64,000 bases of DNA from a phage: sequence record PZ445524.1, one strand, 5' to 3'. The translations under genes and the position numbers were made by a program. Positions 1-10,990 of the stretch are shown here, one piece after another (position 1 is the first letter of the stretch; each line of letters begins with the position of its first letter). The notes under the pieces were generated by a model. The model was not told the origin of the DNA and did no database searches. It saw nothing but the letters and a program-made list of their open reading frames with translations.

Positions 1-32
1 AATATATTAAAGCATATTAAAGAGGATTAAAA

Positions 33-2012
33 ATGACTTTATTATCTCCGGGCATTGAGCTCAAAGAAACTACGGTTCAAAGCACCGTGGTTAATAACTC
101 TACTGGTACAGCAGCTTTGGCCGGTAAATTCCAGTGGGGTCCTGCTTTTCAGATTAAACAGGTTACAAACGAAGTAGATTTAGTTAATACTTTTGGTCAA
201 CCAACCGCTGAAACTGCTGACTATTTTATGTCTGCGATGAATTTCTTGCAGTACGGAAATGACTTACGAGTAGTTCGTGCTGTTGATAGAGATACCGCTA
301 AAAACTCATCTCCGATTGCCGGTAATATTGAATACACAATTTCTACCCCAGGCAGTAACTACGCAGTTGGAGATAAAATCACGGTCAAATATGTTTCAGA
401 TGCTATTGAAACTGAAGGTAAAATTACTGAAGTAGACACAGATGGAAAAATTAAGAAAATTAATATTCCTACCGCAAAAATTATCGCTAAAGCGAAAGAA
501 GTAGGCGAATATCCAGCATTAGGTTCTAACTGGACTGCGGAAATTTCTTCGTCTTCCTCTGGTTTAGCTGCAGTAATAACTCTTGGAAAAATTATTACTG
601 ATTCTGGTATTTTATTAGCTGAAATTGAAAATGCTGAAGCTGCTATGACAGCGGTTGACTTTCAAGCAAATCTCAAAAAATATGGAATTCCAGGAGTAGT
701 AGCTCTTTATCCAGGTGAGTTAGGCGATAAAATTGAAATTGAAATCGTATCTAAAGCTGACTATGCAAAAGGAGCTTCTGCATTACTCCCAATTTATCCA
801 GGTGGTGGTACTCGTGCATCTACTGCCAAAGCAGTGTTTGGATATGGACCGCAAACTGATTCACAGTACGCTATTATAGTTCGTCGTAATGATTCTATTG
901 TTCAAAGCGTTGTTCTTTCAACTAAGCGTGGTGAAAAAGATATTTACGATAGTAACATCTATATCGATGACTTTTTCGCAAAAGGTGGTTCAGAATATAT
1001 TTTTGCAACTGCACAAAACTGGCCAGAAGGCTTCTCTGGAATTTTAACTCTGTCTGGTGGATTATCATCAAATGCTGAAGTAACAGCAGGAGATTTGATG
1101 GAAGCTTGGGACTTCTTTGCTGACCGTGAATCAGTTGATGTTCAACTGTTTATTGCGGGTTCTTGTGCCGGTGAATCTTTAGAAACAGCATCTACTGTCC
1201 AAAAACACGTCGTTTCAATTGGGGATGCTCGCCAAGATTGCTTAGTATTGTGCTCACCACCGCGTGAAACTGTAGTTGGAATTCCTGTAACCCGTGCTGT
1301 TGATAACTTAGTCAATTGGAGAACCGCAGCAGGTTCATACACTGATAATAACTTTAATATCAGTTCAACCTACGCAGCAATTGATGGTAACTATAAGTAT
1401 CAGTATGACAAATATAATGATGTGAATCGTTGGGTTCCATTAGCAGCTGATATTGCGGGTTTATGTGCAAGAACTGATAACGTATCTCAGACTTGGATGT
1501 CTCCAGCTGGTTATAATCGTGGTCAGATTCTTAACGTTATTAAACTTGCTATTGAAACTCGCCAGGCTCAGCGCGACCGTTTATACCAAGAAGCTATCAA
1601 CCCGGTAACCGGTACAGGTGGTGATGGTTACGTATTGTATGGTGATAAAACAGCTACTTCTGTTCCTTCTCCATTTGATCGTATTAACGTTCGTCGTCTG
1701 TTTAATATGTTGAAAACGAATATCGGACGTAGTTCAAAATATCGTTTGTTCGAATTAAACAACGCGTTTACTCGTTCATCATTCCGCACAGAAACTGCCC
1801 AGTACTTACAGGGAATTAAAGCTCTCGGTGGAATTTATGAATATCGTGTAGTTTGCGATACAACAAATAACACTCCGTCAGTAATTGATAGAAATGAGTT
1901 TGTTGCAACATTCTACATCCAACCGGCGCGCAGTATAAATTATATTACTTTGAATTTCGTCGCAACTGCTACTGGTGCAGATTTCGATGAGTTAACTGGT
2001 CTTGCAGGTTAA
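33..2012 (+). CDS. 18: tail sheath protein gp18
   Basis: 659 aa; N-terminus MTLLSPGIELKETTVQSTVVNNSTG matches remembered T4 gp18; followed by gp19 in T4 order. Confidence 0.95.
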   Translation: MTLLSPGIELKETTVQSTVVNNSTGTAALAGKFQWGPAFQIKQVTNEVDLVNTFGQPTAETADYFMSAMNFLQYGNDLRVVRAVDRDTAKNSSPIAGNIEYTISTPGSNYAVGDKITVKYVSDAIETEGKITEVDTDGKIKKINIPTAKIIAKAKEVGEYPALGSNWTAEISSSSSGLAAVITLGKIITDSGILLAEIENAEAAMTAVDFQANLKKYGIPGVVALYPGELGDKIEIEIVSKADYAKGASALLPIYPGGGTRASTAKAVFGYGPQTDSQYAIIVRRNDSIVQSVVLSTKRGEKDIYDSNIYIDDFFAKGGSEYIFATAQNWPEGFSGILTLSGGLSSNAEVTAGDLMEAWDFFADRESVDVQLFIAGSCAGESLETASTVQKHVVSIGDARQDCLVLCSPPRETVVGIPVTRAVDNLVNWRTAAGSYTDNNFNISSTYAAIDGNYKYQYDKYNDVNRWVPLAADIAGLCARTDNVSQTWMSPAGYNRGQILNVIKLAIETRQAQRDRLYQEAINPVTGTGGDGYVLYGDKTATSVPSPFDRINVRRLFNMLKTNIGRSSKYRLFELNNAFTRSSFRTETAQYLQGIKALGGIYEYRVVCDTTNNTPSVIDRNEFVATFYIQPARSINYITLNFVATATGADFDELTGLAG

Positions 2013-2106
2013 TACGGTGCATTCTAAAGGCCTGTTTCGGCAGGCCATATAAATACACTATATCCTTAATTCTTTAATTCTATATGCCCTAGGTTAAACA
2101 TAGGGA

Positions 2107-2114
2107 TATAAATA
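2107..2114 (+). promoter_or_regulatory. T4-type late promoter TATAAATA upstream of gene 19 (second copy at 2048..2055)
   Basis: exact TATAAATA about 15 nt before gene 19 start. Confidence 0.7.
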
Positions 2115-2128
2115 CTACAGAGGCTAAT

Positions 2129-2620
2129 ATGTTTGTAGATGATGTAACACGAGCGTTTGAATCTGGTGATTTTGCTCGACCTAACTTATTCCAAGTAGAA
2201 ATTTCTTATCTTGGACAAAATTTTACGTTCCAATGTAAAGCTACTGCTCTACCAGCTGGTATTGTAGAAAAAATTCCAGTCGGATTTATGAACCGTAAAA
2301 TTAACGTAGCAGGCGATCGTACATTCGATGACTGGACTGTTACAGTAATGAACGATGAAGCTCATGATGCTCGCCAGAAGTTTGTTGATTGGCAAAGCAT
2401 TGCTGCGGGGCAAGGAAACGAAATTACTGGTGGAAAACCTGCAGAGTATAAAAAGAGCGCTATCGTTCGTCAATATGCTCGTGACGCTAAAACAGTAACA
2501 AAAGAAATTGAAATTAAAGGTCTGTGGCCTACTAACGTGGGTGAACTTCAATTAGATTGGGATTCAAACAATGAAATCCAAACATTTGAAGTAACTCTTG
2601 CTCTCGATTATTGGGAATAA
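2129..2620 (+). CDS. 19: tail tube protein gp19
   Basis: 163 aa, same length and position as T4 gp19. Confidence 0.95.
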   Translation: MFVDDVTRAFESGDFARPNLFQVEISYLGQNFTFQCKATALPAGIVEKIPVGFMNRKINVAGDRTFDDWTVTVMNDEAHDARQKFVDWQSIAAGQGNEITGGKPAEYKKSAIVRQYARDAKTVTKEIEIKGLWPTNVGELQLDWDSNNEIQTFEVTLALDYWE

Positions 2621-2626
2621 AATGAA

Positions 2627-2642
2627 TGGGGAGAAATCCCCA
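2627..2642 (+). terminator. hairpin TGGGGA-GAAA-TCCCCA after gene 19
   Basis: inverted repeat immediately after stop; weak T-tract. Confidence 0.4.
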
Positions 2643-2652
2643 TCCTGCTTAA

Positions 2653-4277
<1,625 letters not shown>

Positions 4278-4278
<1 letters not shown>

Positions 4279-4523
4279 TGGAAGGTTTAATTGAAGCTAT
4301 TAAATCAAACGACCTCGTAGCCGCTCGTAAATTATTTGCTGAAGCCATGGCTGCAAGAACGATTGATTTAATTAAAGAAGAAAAAATCGCTATCGCTCGT
4401 AATTTCTTAATCGAAGGTGAAGAACCTGAAGACGAGGATGAAGATGAAGATGATGACGAAGATAGCGATGATAAAGACGACAAAAAAGACAAAGACTCTG
4501 ACGAAGACGAGGATGATGAATAA
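4278..4523 (+). CDS. 67: prohead core protein gp67 with acidic C-terminal tail
   Basis: 81 aa, [20 protein letters not shown] then poly-D/E tail; start overlaps gp20 stop (TAATG). Confidence 0.9.
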
Positions 4524-4948
4524 TGCTTCTGATCCCTGAAACTCATGAATTAGTTCTCGAGAATGTCGAAGCACTTATTCCTGAAGCACAGGGTCGCTTT
4601 GACGAATTGTCTTCTGCTTTAAATAAAGACGATATAAATACAATTGTCGAGAATATGCTTGATGATGAAACTGATTTAGCGGTTGCATTAGCTTCTATTA
4701 ATGAAAATATGCCGTTAAATGAATTCATAGTTAAACATGTTTCTGCCCGTGGTGAAATTACTCGCACTAAAGATCGCAAAACCCGCGAACGAAATGCATT
4801 TCAAACCACTGGGCTGTCTAAAGCAAAACGTAGACAAATTGCTCGTAAAGCTACCAAAACGAAGATTGCCAATCCAGCAGGTCAATCTCGTGCTCAGCGT
4901 AAGCGTAAAAAAGCTCTTAAACGCCGTAAAGCATTAGGATTAAGCTAA
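4523..4948 (+). CDS. 68: prohead core protein gp68
   Basis: 141 aa, basic C-terminus; T4 order 67-68-21. Confidence 0.9.
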
Positions 4949-5586
4949 TGAATGAACCCCAATTACTAATTGAAACTTGGGGTCAACCTGGCGAAATTAT
5001 TGATGGCGTGCCAATGCTTGAATCCCATGATGGAAAAGACTTAGGTTTAAAACCGGGTTTATACATCGAAGGAATATTCATGCAAGCGGAAGTCGTCAAT
5101 AGAAATAAACGTCTTTATCCAAAACGTATATTAGAAAAAGCGGTAAAAGACTATATTAATGAGCAAGTTTTAACTAAACAAGCTCTCGGAGAATTAAATC
5201 ATCCTCCACGCGCTAATGTTGACCCGATGCAAGCCGCTATCATTATAGAAGATATGTGGTGGAAAGGAAATGACGTATACGGACGAGCTCGTGTTATTGA
5301 AGGTGACCATGGTCCTGGAGATAAATTAGCAGCTAATATTCGTGCCGGATGGATTCCAGGAGTTTCTTCTCGTGGATTAGGTTCATTGACTGACACAAAT
5401 AAAGGTTATCGTATCGTAAACGAAGGATTCAAATTAACTGTAGGTGTTGATGCAGTATGGGGTCCAAGTGCTCCAGATGCATGGGTAACTCCTAAGGAAA
5501 TTACCGAATCACAGACGGCGGAAGCCGATACAAGTGCCGATGACGCCTATATGGCTCTCGCAGAGGCCATGAAAAAAGCGTTATAA
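4948..5586 (+). CDS. 21: prohead core scaffold protein and protease gp21
   Basis: 212 aa, same length and position as T4 gp21. Confidence 0.93.
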   Translation: MNEPQLLIETWGQPGEIIDGVPMLESHDGKDLGLKPGLYIEGIFMQAEVVNRNKRLYPKRILEKAVKDYINEQVLTKQALGELNHPPRANVDPMQAAIIIEDMWWKGNDVYGRARVIEGDHGPGDKLAANIRAGWIPGVSSRGLGSLTDTNKGYRIVNEGFKLTVGVDAVWGPSAPDAWVTPKEITESQTAEADTSADDAYMALAEAMKKAL

Positions 5587-5589
5587 ATA
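5582..5589 (+). promoter_or_regulatory. late promoter TATAAATA upstream of gene 22
   Basis: exact TATAAATA about 28 nt upstream of ATG 5617. Confidence 0.7.
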
Positions 5590-5616
5590 TTATTATCTAA
5601 ACAACAGGACTACAAA

Positions 5617-6426
5617 ATGCTTAAAGAACAACTGATTGCCGAAGCGCAGAAAATTGATGCTTCCGTTGCTCTTGATAGTATTTTCGAATCAGTTAATATT
5701 TCTCCGGAAGCAAAAGAAACTTTCGGCACTGTATTCGAAGCTACCGTCAAGCAGCACGCCGTTAAATTAGCTGAATCTCATATCGCTAAAATTGCTGAAA
5801 AAGCAGAAGAAGAAGTAGAAAAAAATAAAGAAGAAGCCGAAGAAAAAGCTGAGAAGAAAATCGCTGAGCAAGCTTCTAAATTCATTGACCATCTTGCAAA
5901 AGAATGGCTCGCTGAAAATAAATTAGCAGTTGATAAAGGCATCAAAGCCGAACTGTTTGAATCCATGCTCGGTGGATTAAAAGAGCTCTTTGTTGAACAC
6001 AACGTTGTTGTTCCAGAAGAATCAGTTGATATTGTAGCTGAAATGGAAGAAGAGCTGCAAGAACATAAAGAAGAATCAGCTCGTCTGTTCGAAGAACTCA
6101 ATATGCGCGACGCATATATCAATTATGTGCAGCGTGAAGTGGCATTGAGCGAAAGTACTAAAGATCTGACTGAGTCTCAAAAAGAAAAAGTCTCTGCTCT
6201 GGTCGAAGGTATGGATTATTCAGATGCATTCTCAAGTAAATTGAGTGCAATCGTAGAAATGGTGAAGAAATCTAATAAAGATGAAAGCACTATTACTGAG
6301 GGTATAAATACTCCTGATACTGAAGCAGCCGGACTGAATTTCGTCACTGAAGCTGTAGAAGATAAAGCTGCACAGGGTGCAGAAGATATTGTAAGTGTAT
6401 ATGCGAAAGTCGCATCTCGTTTCTAA
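5617..6426 (+). CDS. 22: prohead core scaffold protein gp22
   Basis: 269 aa, acidic and coiled-coil rich, T4 gp22 length. Confidence 0.93.
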   Translation: MLKEQLIAEAQKIDASVALDSIFESVNISPEAKETFGTVFEATVKQHAVKLAESHIAKIAEKAEEEVEKNKEEAEEKAEKKIAEQASKFIDHLAKEWLAENKLAVDKGIKAELFESMLGGLKELFVEHNVVVPEESVDIVAEMEEELQEHKEESARLFEELNMRDAYINYVQREVALSESTKDLTESQKEKVSALVEGMDYSDAFSSKLSAIVEMVKKSNKDESTITEGINTPDTEAAGLNFVTEAVEDKAAQGAEDIVSVYAKVASRF

Positions 6427-6444
6427 TTTTAAAGGTTAACACAA

Positions 6445-8010
6445 ATGACTATCAAAACTAAAGCTGAACTTTTGAACAAATGGAAGCCATTACTGGAAGG
6501 TGAAGGTTTACCGGAAATTGCTAATAGCAAACAAGCGATTATCGCTAAAATCTTTGAAAACCAGGAAAAAGATTTCCAGACAGCTCCGGAATATAAAGAC
6601 GAAAAAATTGCTCAGGCATTCGGTTCTTTCTTAACAGAAGCTGAAATCGGTGGTGACCACGGTTACAATGCTACCAACATCGCTGCAGGTCAGACTTCTG
6701 GCGCAGTAACTCAGATTGGTCCAGCTGTTATGGGTATGGTACGTCGTGCTATTCCTAACCTGATTGCTTTCGATATTTGTGGTGTTCAGCCGATGAACAG
6801 CCCGACTGGCCAGGTATTCGCACTGCGCGCAGTATATGGTAAAGACCCGGTCGCTTCCGGTGCTAAAGAAGCATTCCACCCAATGTATGGTCCAGATGCA
6901 ATGTTCTCTGGTCAGGGTGCTGCTAAGAAATTCACTGCTCTGGCTGCTAGCACACAAACCACAGTAGGTGATATCTATACTCACTTCTTCCAGGAAACTG
7001 GTACTGTATATCTGCAAGCTTCTGCTCAAGTAACAATTAGTTCAAGTGCTACTGATGCTGCTAAATTAGATGCTGAAATTAAGAAACAAATGGAAGCTGG
7101 TGCACTGGTAGAAATCGCTGAAGGTATGGCTACTTCTATCGCTGAACTTCAGGAAGGTTTCAATGGTTCTACCGATAACCCATGGAATGAAATGGGCTTC
7201 CGTATCGATAAGCAAGTTATCGAAGCTAAATCTCGTCAGCTGAAAGCTGCTTACTCTATCGAATTAGCACAGGACCTCCGCGCTGTTCACGGTATGGATG
7301 CTGATGCTGAACTGTCTGGCATTCTGGCTACAGAAATTATGCTGGAAATCAACCGTGAAGTTGTTGATTGGATTAACTACTCAGCTCAGGTTGGTAAATC
7401 TGGTATGACCCTGACTCCGGGTTCTAAAGCTGGTGTATTTGACTTCCAGGATCCGATTGATATTCGTGGTGCTCGCTGGGCAGGTGAATCCTTTAAAGCT
7501 CTGTTGTTCCAGATTGACAAAGAAGCAGTTGAAATTGCTCGTCAGACCGGTCGTGGTGAAGGTAACTTCATTATCGCTTCCCGTAACGTAGTTAACGTTC
7601 TGGCTTCAGTTGATACCGGCATTTCTTATGCTGCACAGGGTCTGGCTACCGGCTTTAACACTGATACTACCAAGTCAGTATTTGCTGGTGTTCTGGGTGG
7701 TAAATACCGCGTATATATCGACCAGTATGCTAAACAGGATTATTTCACTGTAGGTTATAAAGGTCCGAACGAAATGGATGCTGGTATTTACTATGCTCCA
7801 TATGTAGCTCTGACTCCGCTGCGTGGTTCCGATCCGAAGAACTTCCAACCAGTAATGGGATTCAAAACTCGTTACGGTATCGGTATCAACCCATTTGCAG
7901 AATCCGCTGCTCAGGCTCCGGCTTCTCGCATCCAGAGCGGTATGCCTTCTATTCTGAATAGCCTTGGTAAAAACGCTTACTTCCGCCGTGTATATGTTAA
8001 AGGTATCTAA
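6445..8010 (+). CDS. 23: major capsid protein gp23
   Basis: 521 aa, T4 gp23 length; strong codon bias typical of a highly expressed late gene. Confidence 0.96.
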   Translation: MTIKTKAELLNKWKPLLEGEGLPEIANSKQAIIAKIFENQEKDFQTAPEYKDEKIAQAFGSFLTEAEIGGDHGYNATNIAAGQTSGAVTQIGPAVMGMVRRAIPNLIAFDICGVQPMNSPTGQVFALRAVYGKDPVASGAKEAFHPMYGPDAMFSGQGAAKKFTALAASTQTTVGDIYTHFFQETGTVYLQASAQVTISSSATDAAKLDAEIKKQMEAGALVEIAEGMATSIAELQEGFNGSTDNPWNEMGFRIDKQVIEAKSRQLKAAYSIELAQDLRAVHGMDADAELSGILATEIMLEINREVVDWINYSAQVGKSGMTLTPGSKAGVFDFQDPIDIRGARWAGESFKALLFQIDKEAVEIARQTGRGEGNFIIASRNVVNVLASVDTGISYAAQGLATGFNTDTTKSVFAGVLGGKYRVYIDQYAKQDYFTVGYKGPNEMDAGIYYAPYVALTPLRGSDPKNFQPVMGFKTRYGIGINPFAESAAQAPASRIQSGMPSILNSLGKNAYFRRVYVKGI

Positions 8011-8025
8011 TCTTTGACGATTTAA

Positions 8026-8054
8026 GGGACCTTCGGGTCCCTTTAGTTGTTTTT
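8026..8054 (+). terminator. intrinsic terminator after gene 23 (GGGACC-TTCG-GGTCCC plus T-tract)
   Basis: perfect 6-bp GC stem with UUCG tetraloop followed by TTTAGTTGTTTTT. Confidence 0.85.
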
Positions 8055-8058
8055 ATGG

Positions 8059-8066
8059 TATAAATA
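8059..8066 (+). promoter_or_regulatory. late promoter TATAAATA upstream of gene 24
   Basis: exact TATAAATA about 28 nt before ATG 8094. Confidence 0.7.
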
Positions 8067-8093
8067 AATCATATAAACCAAAAGGAAAGCGCA

Positions 8094-9377
8094 ATGGCTA
8101 AAATCAACGAACTTCTGCGCGAATCAACCACAACGAATAGCAACTCAATTGGTCGCCCAAATCTCGTTGCTTTGACTCGCGCTACCACTAAATTAATATA
8201 TTCTGACATTGTAGCAACGCAAAGAACTAATCAACCTGTTGCTGCTTTTTATGGTATCAAATACCTTAACCCAGACAACGAATTTACATTTAAAACTGGT
8301 GCTACTTATGCTGGCGAAGCTGGATATGTAGACCGAGAACAAATCACAGAATTAACAGAAGAGTCTAAATTAACTCTTAATAAAGGCGATTTATTCAAAT
8401 ATAATAATATCGTTTATAAAGTATTAGAAGATACTCCATTTGCTACTATCGAAGAAAGTGATTTAGAATTAGCTCTTCAGATTGCAATCGTTCTTTTAAA
8501 GGTTCGTCTATTTTCTGACGCAGCGTCAACAAGCAAATTTGAAAGCTCTGATAGTGAAATTGCGGATGCTAAATTCCAGATTAATAAATGGCAAACCGCG
8601 GTTAAATCTCGTAAACTTAAAACTGGCATCACAGTTGAATTAGCGCAAGATTTAGAAGCAAATGGATTCGATGCTCCTAATTTCTTGGAAGATTTGCTTG
8701 CAACTGAAATGGCAGATGAAATCAATAAAGACATTCTGCAGTCTTTGATTACAGTGTCAAAACGCTATAAAGTTACAGGAATTACTGATAGTGGATTCAT
8801 CGATTTGAGTTATGCATCTGCTCCTGAAGCTGGTCGTTCATTATACCGAATGGTATGTGAAATGGTTTCGCATATCCAAAAAGAATCAACTTATACAGCA
8901 ACGTTCTGTGTTGCTTCTGCTCGTGCCGCTGCGATTCTTGCTGCATCAGGTTGGTTAAAACATAAACCAGAAGATGACAAATATCTTTCACAAAATGCCT
9001 ACGGGTTATTAGCTAATGGTTTACCGCTTTATTGCGATACTAACAGCCCGTTAGATTATGTAATCGTTGGTGTAGTAGAAAATATCGGTGAAAAAGAAAT
9101 TGTTGGATCAATTTTCTATGCTCCGTATACAGAAGGTCTCGACTTAGATGACCCTGAACATGTAGGCGCATTTAAAGTTGTTGTTGATCCAGAAAGCTTA
9201 CAACCGTCTATCAGTTTATTAGTTAGATATGCTTTATCAGCAAATCCTTATACCGTAGCAAAAGATGAAAAAGAAGCAAGAGTAATTGATGGTGGAGACA
9301 TGGATAAAATGGCGGGTCGTTCAGATTTGTCTGTTTTATTAGGTGTTAAATTACCAAAAATTATTATTGATGAATAA
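8094..9377 (+). CDS. 24: head vertex protein gp24 (gp23 paralog)
   Basis: 427 aa, T4 gp24 length and position. Confidence 0.93.
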   Translation: MAKINELLRESTTTNSNSIGRPNLVALTRATTKLIYSDIVATQRTNQPVAAFYGIKYLNPDNEFTFKTGATYAGEAGYVDREQITELTEESKLTLNKGDLFKYNNIVYKVLEDTPFATIEESDLELALQIAIVLLKVRLFSDAASTSKFESSDSEIADAKFQINKWQTAVKSRKLKTGITVELAQDLEANGFDAPNFLEDLLATEMADEINKDILQSLITVSKRYKVTGITDSGFIDLSYASAPEAGRSLYRMVCEMVSHIQKESTYTATFCVASARAAAILAASGWLKHKPEDDKYLSQNAYGLLANGLPLYCDTNSPLDYVIVGVVENIGEKEIVGSIFYAPYTEGLDLDDPEHVGAFKVVVDPESLQPSISLLVRYALSANPYTVAKDEKEARVIDGGDMDKMAGRSDLSVLLGVKLPKIIIDE

Positions 9378-9383
9378 AACAAA

Positions 9384-9409
9384 GGGACCTTTCGGTCCCT
9401 TTTTATTTA
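9384..9409. terminator. bidirectional terminator between convergent genes 24 and rnlB
   Basis: GGGACC-TTTC-GGTCCC hairpin with T-tracts on both strands. Confidence 0.8.
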
Positions 9410-10411
9410 GCTCACCAACTCAATCCAAGCTGGACGAAGTACATCTTGTACCATTTTAACTAATTCCTTCTTAATCAAAGAAGGATTATCCGCTTGAGTT
9501 AGAGTAATACCTTCACGAGAAGTTTCTTCCAAAATATCTTGAACAGTTAGACCCATCACCTTTCCAAAATCCTTTGGACCAATTTCGCCAATTTTAGAAA
9601 TAACGTTATTTACCCGGTTCAGTGTAACGTAACAAGCTAAAATTCCTACCAATTTGTTATCAGCTTCTGATAGCTCAACTTTAGCTTTAATAGGCTTATC
9701 AGATTTTTTCTTTTCACTAAATTTGGAATTCTTGCATTTAATTGCTACACGATTTCCATTACGAAGCCAAGAAGGATAACAAGGTTTCAATACATATCCT
9801 TCAGCGGTAAATACTTCGCCTTTTGCTTCGGCATTCCAAACGCATTTATTTGCATCAACTAATCCAGCATGGTCTACTGTAAAATTATAATCTTGGACGA
9901 CAGAATCTAAATCATTTGGCAATTTAATAAGCTCTTCAAATTTACCGCGACCTAAAAGTGGAGCAATTTTAAATTTAAATGTATTACAGAATGATTCCAT
10001 CATATAATCATCGACATAAGTCACATCACCACTTTCTGTAGTAACAATAATGTCAAATACATAAAAATCTTTATCACCATAATCAACATTCTTCTGAATG
10101 CCAGGTCCAGCGAATTCGCCAAAGACTTGATAAGATACAACTGCTGAAGTTTCCATAATATCTTGTACTGCTTTAATGGAATCAGCGTAATTCTTTAGAA
10201 TAATTTCATACCCAAAGAAATCTTCAGCAGGAAGAATAGGGCCAGTACGTTTAGCGCAAGTTACCTTATCACGCTCAATAATCAATGAGAAATTTGTGCC
10301 GTGAATCTTTTCACGAGCTACCCACTCCCCACCAGTCAATCCCAAGCTATAAAGTTTTTCAATAAATTTAGAGTTGTAATGATTTTCAAGACTGCTATAC
10401 TTTTTAAACAT
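9407..10411 (-). CDS. rnlB: RNA ligase 2 (Rnl2)
   Basis: 334 aa; [16 protein letters not shown]...KIHGTNF with the nucleotidyltransferase motif I lysine; T4 position after gene 24. Confidence 0.92.
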   Translation of the reverse strand: MFKKYSSLENHYNSKFIEKLYSLGLTGGEWVAREKIHGTNFSLIIERDKVTCAKRTGPILPAEDFFGYEIILKNYADSIKAVQDIMETSAVVSYQVFGEFAGPGIQKNVDYGDKDFYVFDIIVTTESGDVTYVDDYMMESFCNTFKFKIAPLLGRGKFEELIKLPNDLDSVVQDYNFTVDHAGLVDANKCVWNAEAKGEVFTAEGYVLKPCYPSWLRNGNRVAIKCKNSKFSEKKKSDKPIKAKVELSEADNKLVGILACYVTLNRVNNVISKIGEIGPKDFGKVMGLTVQDILEETSREGITLTQADNPSLIKKELVKMVQDVLRPAWIELVS

Positions 10412-10420
10412 AATTAATCC

Positions 10421-10699
10421 TCAAAATGTAATTTCTAACCAATCACCATCACGCTGATCACTATTGACTTTAAAGCTAAATCCTTCTTTTCTCAGCCAAT
10501 CACCAATTTCTTCAGTAATCAATTTATCACGAGCAATACAATAATAATTAAAATGTGTTTTACCTTGTTCAGCTGCTTTATTAGCAAGTTCCGAAAAATC
10601 TTTAATAAAACACTCTAGCTTAAACTGTTTACTTTTTAATGCTTTTTCGCGTAATTGATTAGCAAAAGATTCATTTTCATAAAGATCATACTGTTCCAT
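10421..10699 (-). CDS. hypothetical protein (T4 24.2 position)
   Basis: 92 aa ORF between rnlB and hoc. Confidence 0.7.
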   Translation of the reverse strand: MEQYDLYENESFANQLREKALKSKQFKLECFIKDFSELANKAAEQGKTHFNYYCIARDKLITEEIGDWLRKEGFSFKVNSDQRDGDWLEITF

Positions 10700-10901
10700 T
10701 TTTCACCTTTTTATTGATATGTCTTTTTCTATAGACAACTTTTTCTCGAGTTTCAAATTTATTCTTAGCAGTCATAGCTCGAGCCCATAATACAGCCACT
10801 TCTTTTGCCTGTAAGTTTAATTCACGAGCAATTTCAATGAATGACTTTCCAGACTCATGAAGAGTAAACACCACAACCTCAGTTCTCATAATCAATCTCA
10901 T
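10686..10901 (-). CDS. hypothetical protein (T4 24.3 position), possible helix-turn-helix
   Basis: 71 aa ORF; segment KSFIEIARELNLQAKEV resembles an HTH. Confidence 0.6.
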   Translation of the reverse strand: MRLIMRTEVVVFTLHESGKSFIEIARELNLQAKEVAVLWARAMTAKNKFETREKVVYRKRHINKKVKNGTV

Positions 10902-10960
10902 GTTATCGAGTTGGTGCCATTATATACATCATTTTCTGATTGTGTTTTGTGTGCTTTCAA

Positions 10961-10985
10961 AATGAAGAAAGGGGCCGAAGCCCCT
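10961..10985 (-). terminator. intrinsic terminator after hoc
   Basis: GGGGC-TTCG-GCCCC hairpin followed by T-rich run on minus strand. Confidence 0.75.
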
Positions 10986-10990
10986 TATGA

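Noticed and set aside
6631-7029. 132-aa minus-strand ORF inside gene 23, and similar antisense ORFs inside genes 34, 37, alt and nrdA
   Set aside because: Fully embedded antisense to long conserved genes with no promoter or RBS context; treated as chance open frames.
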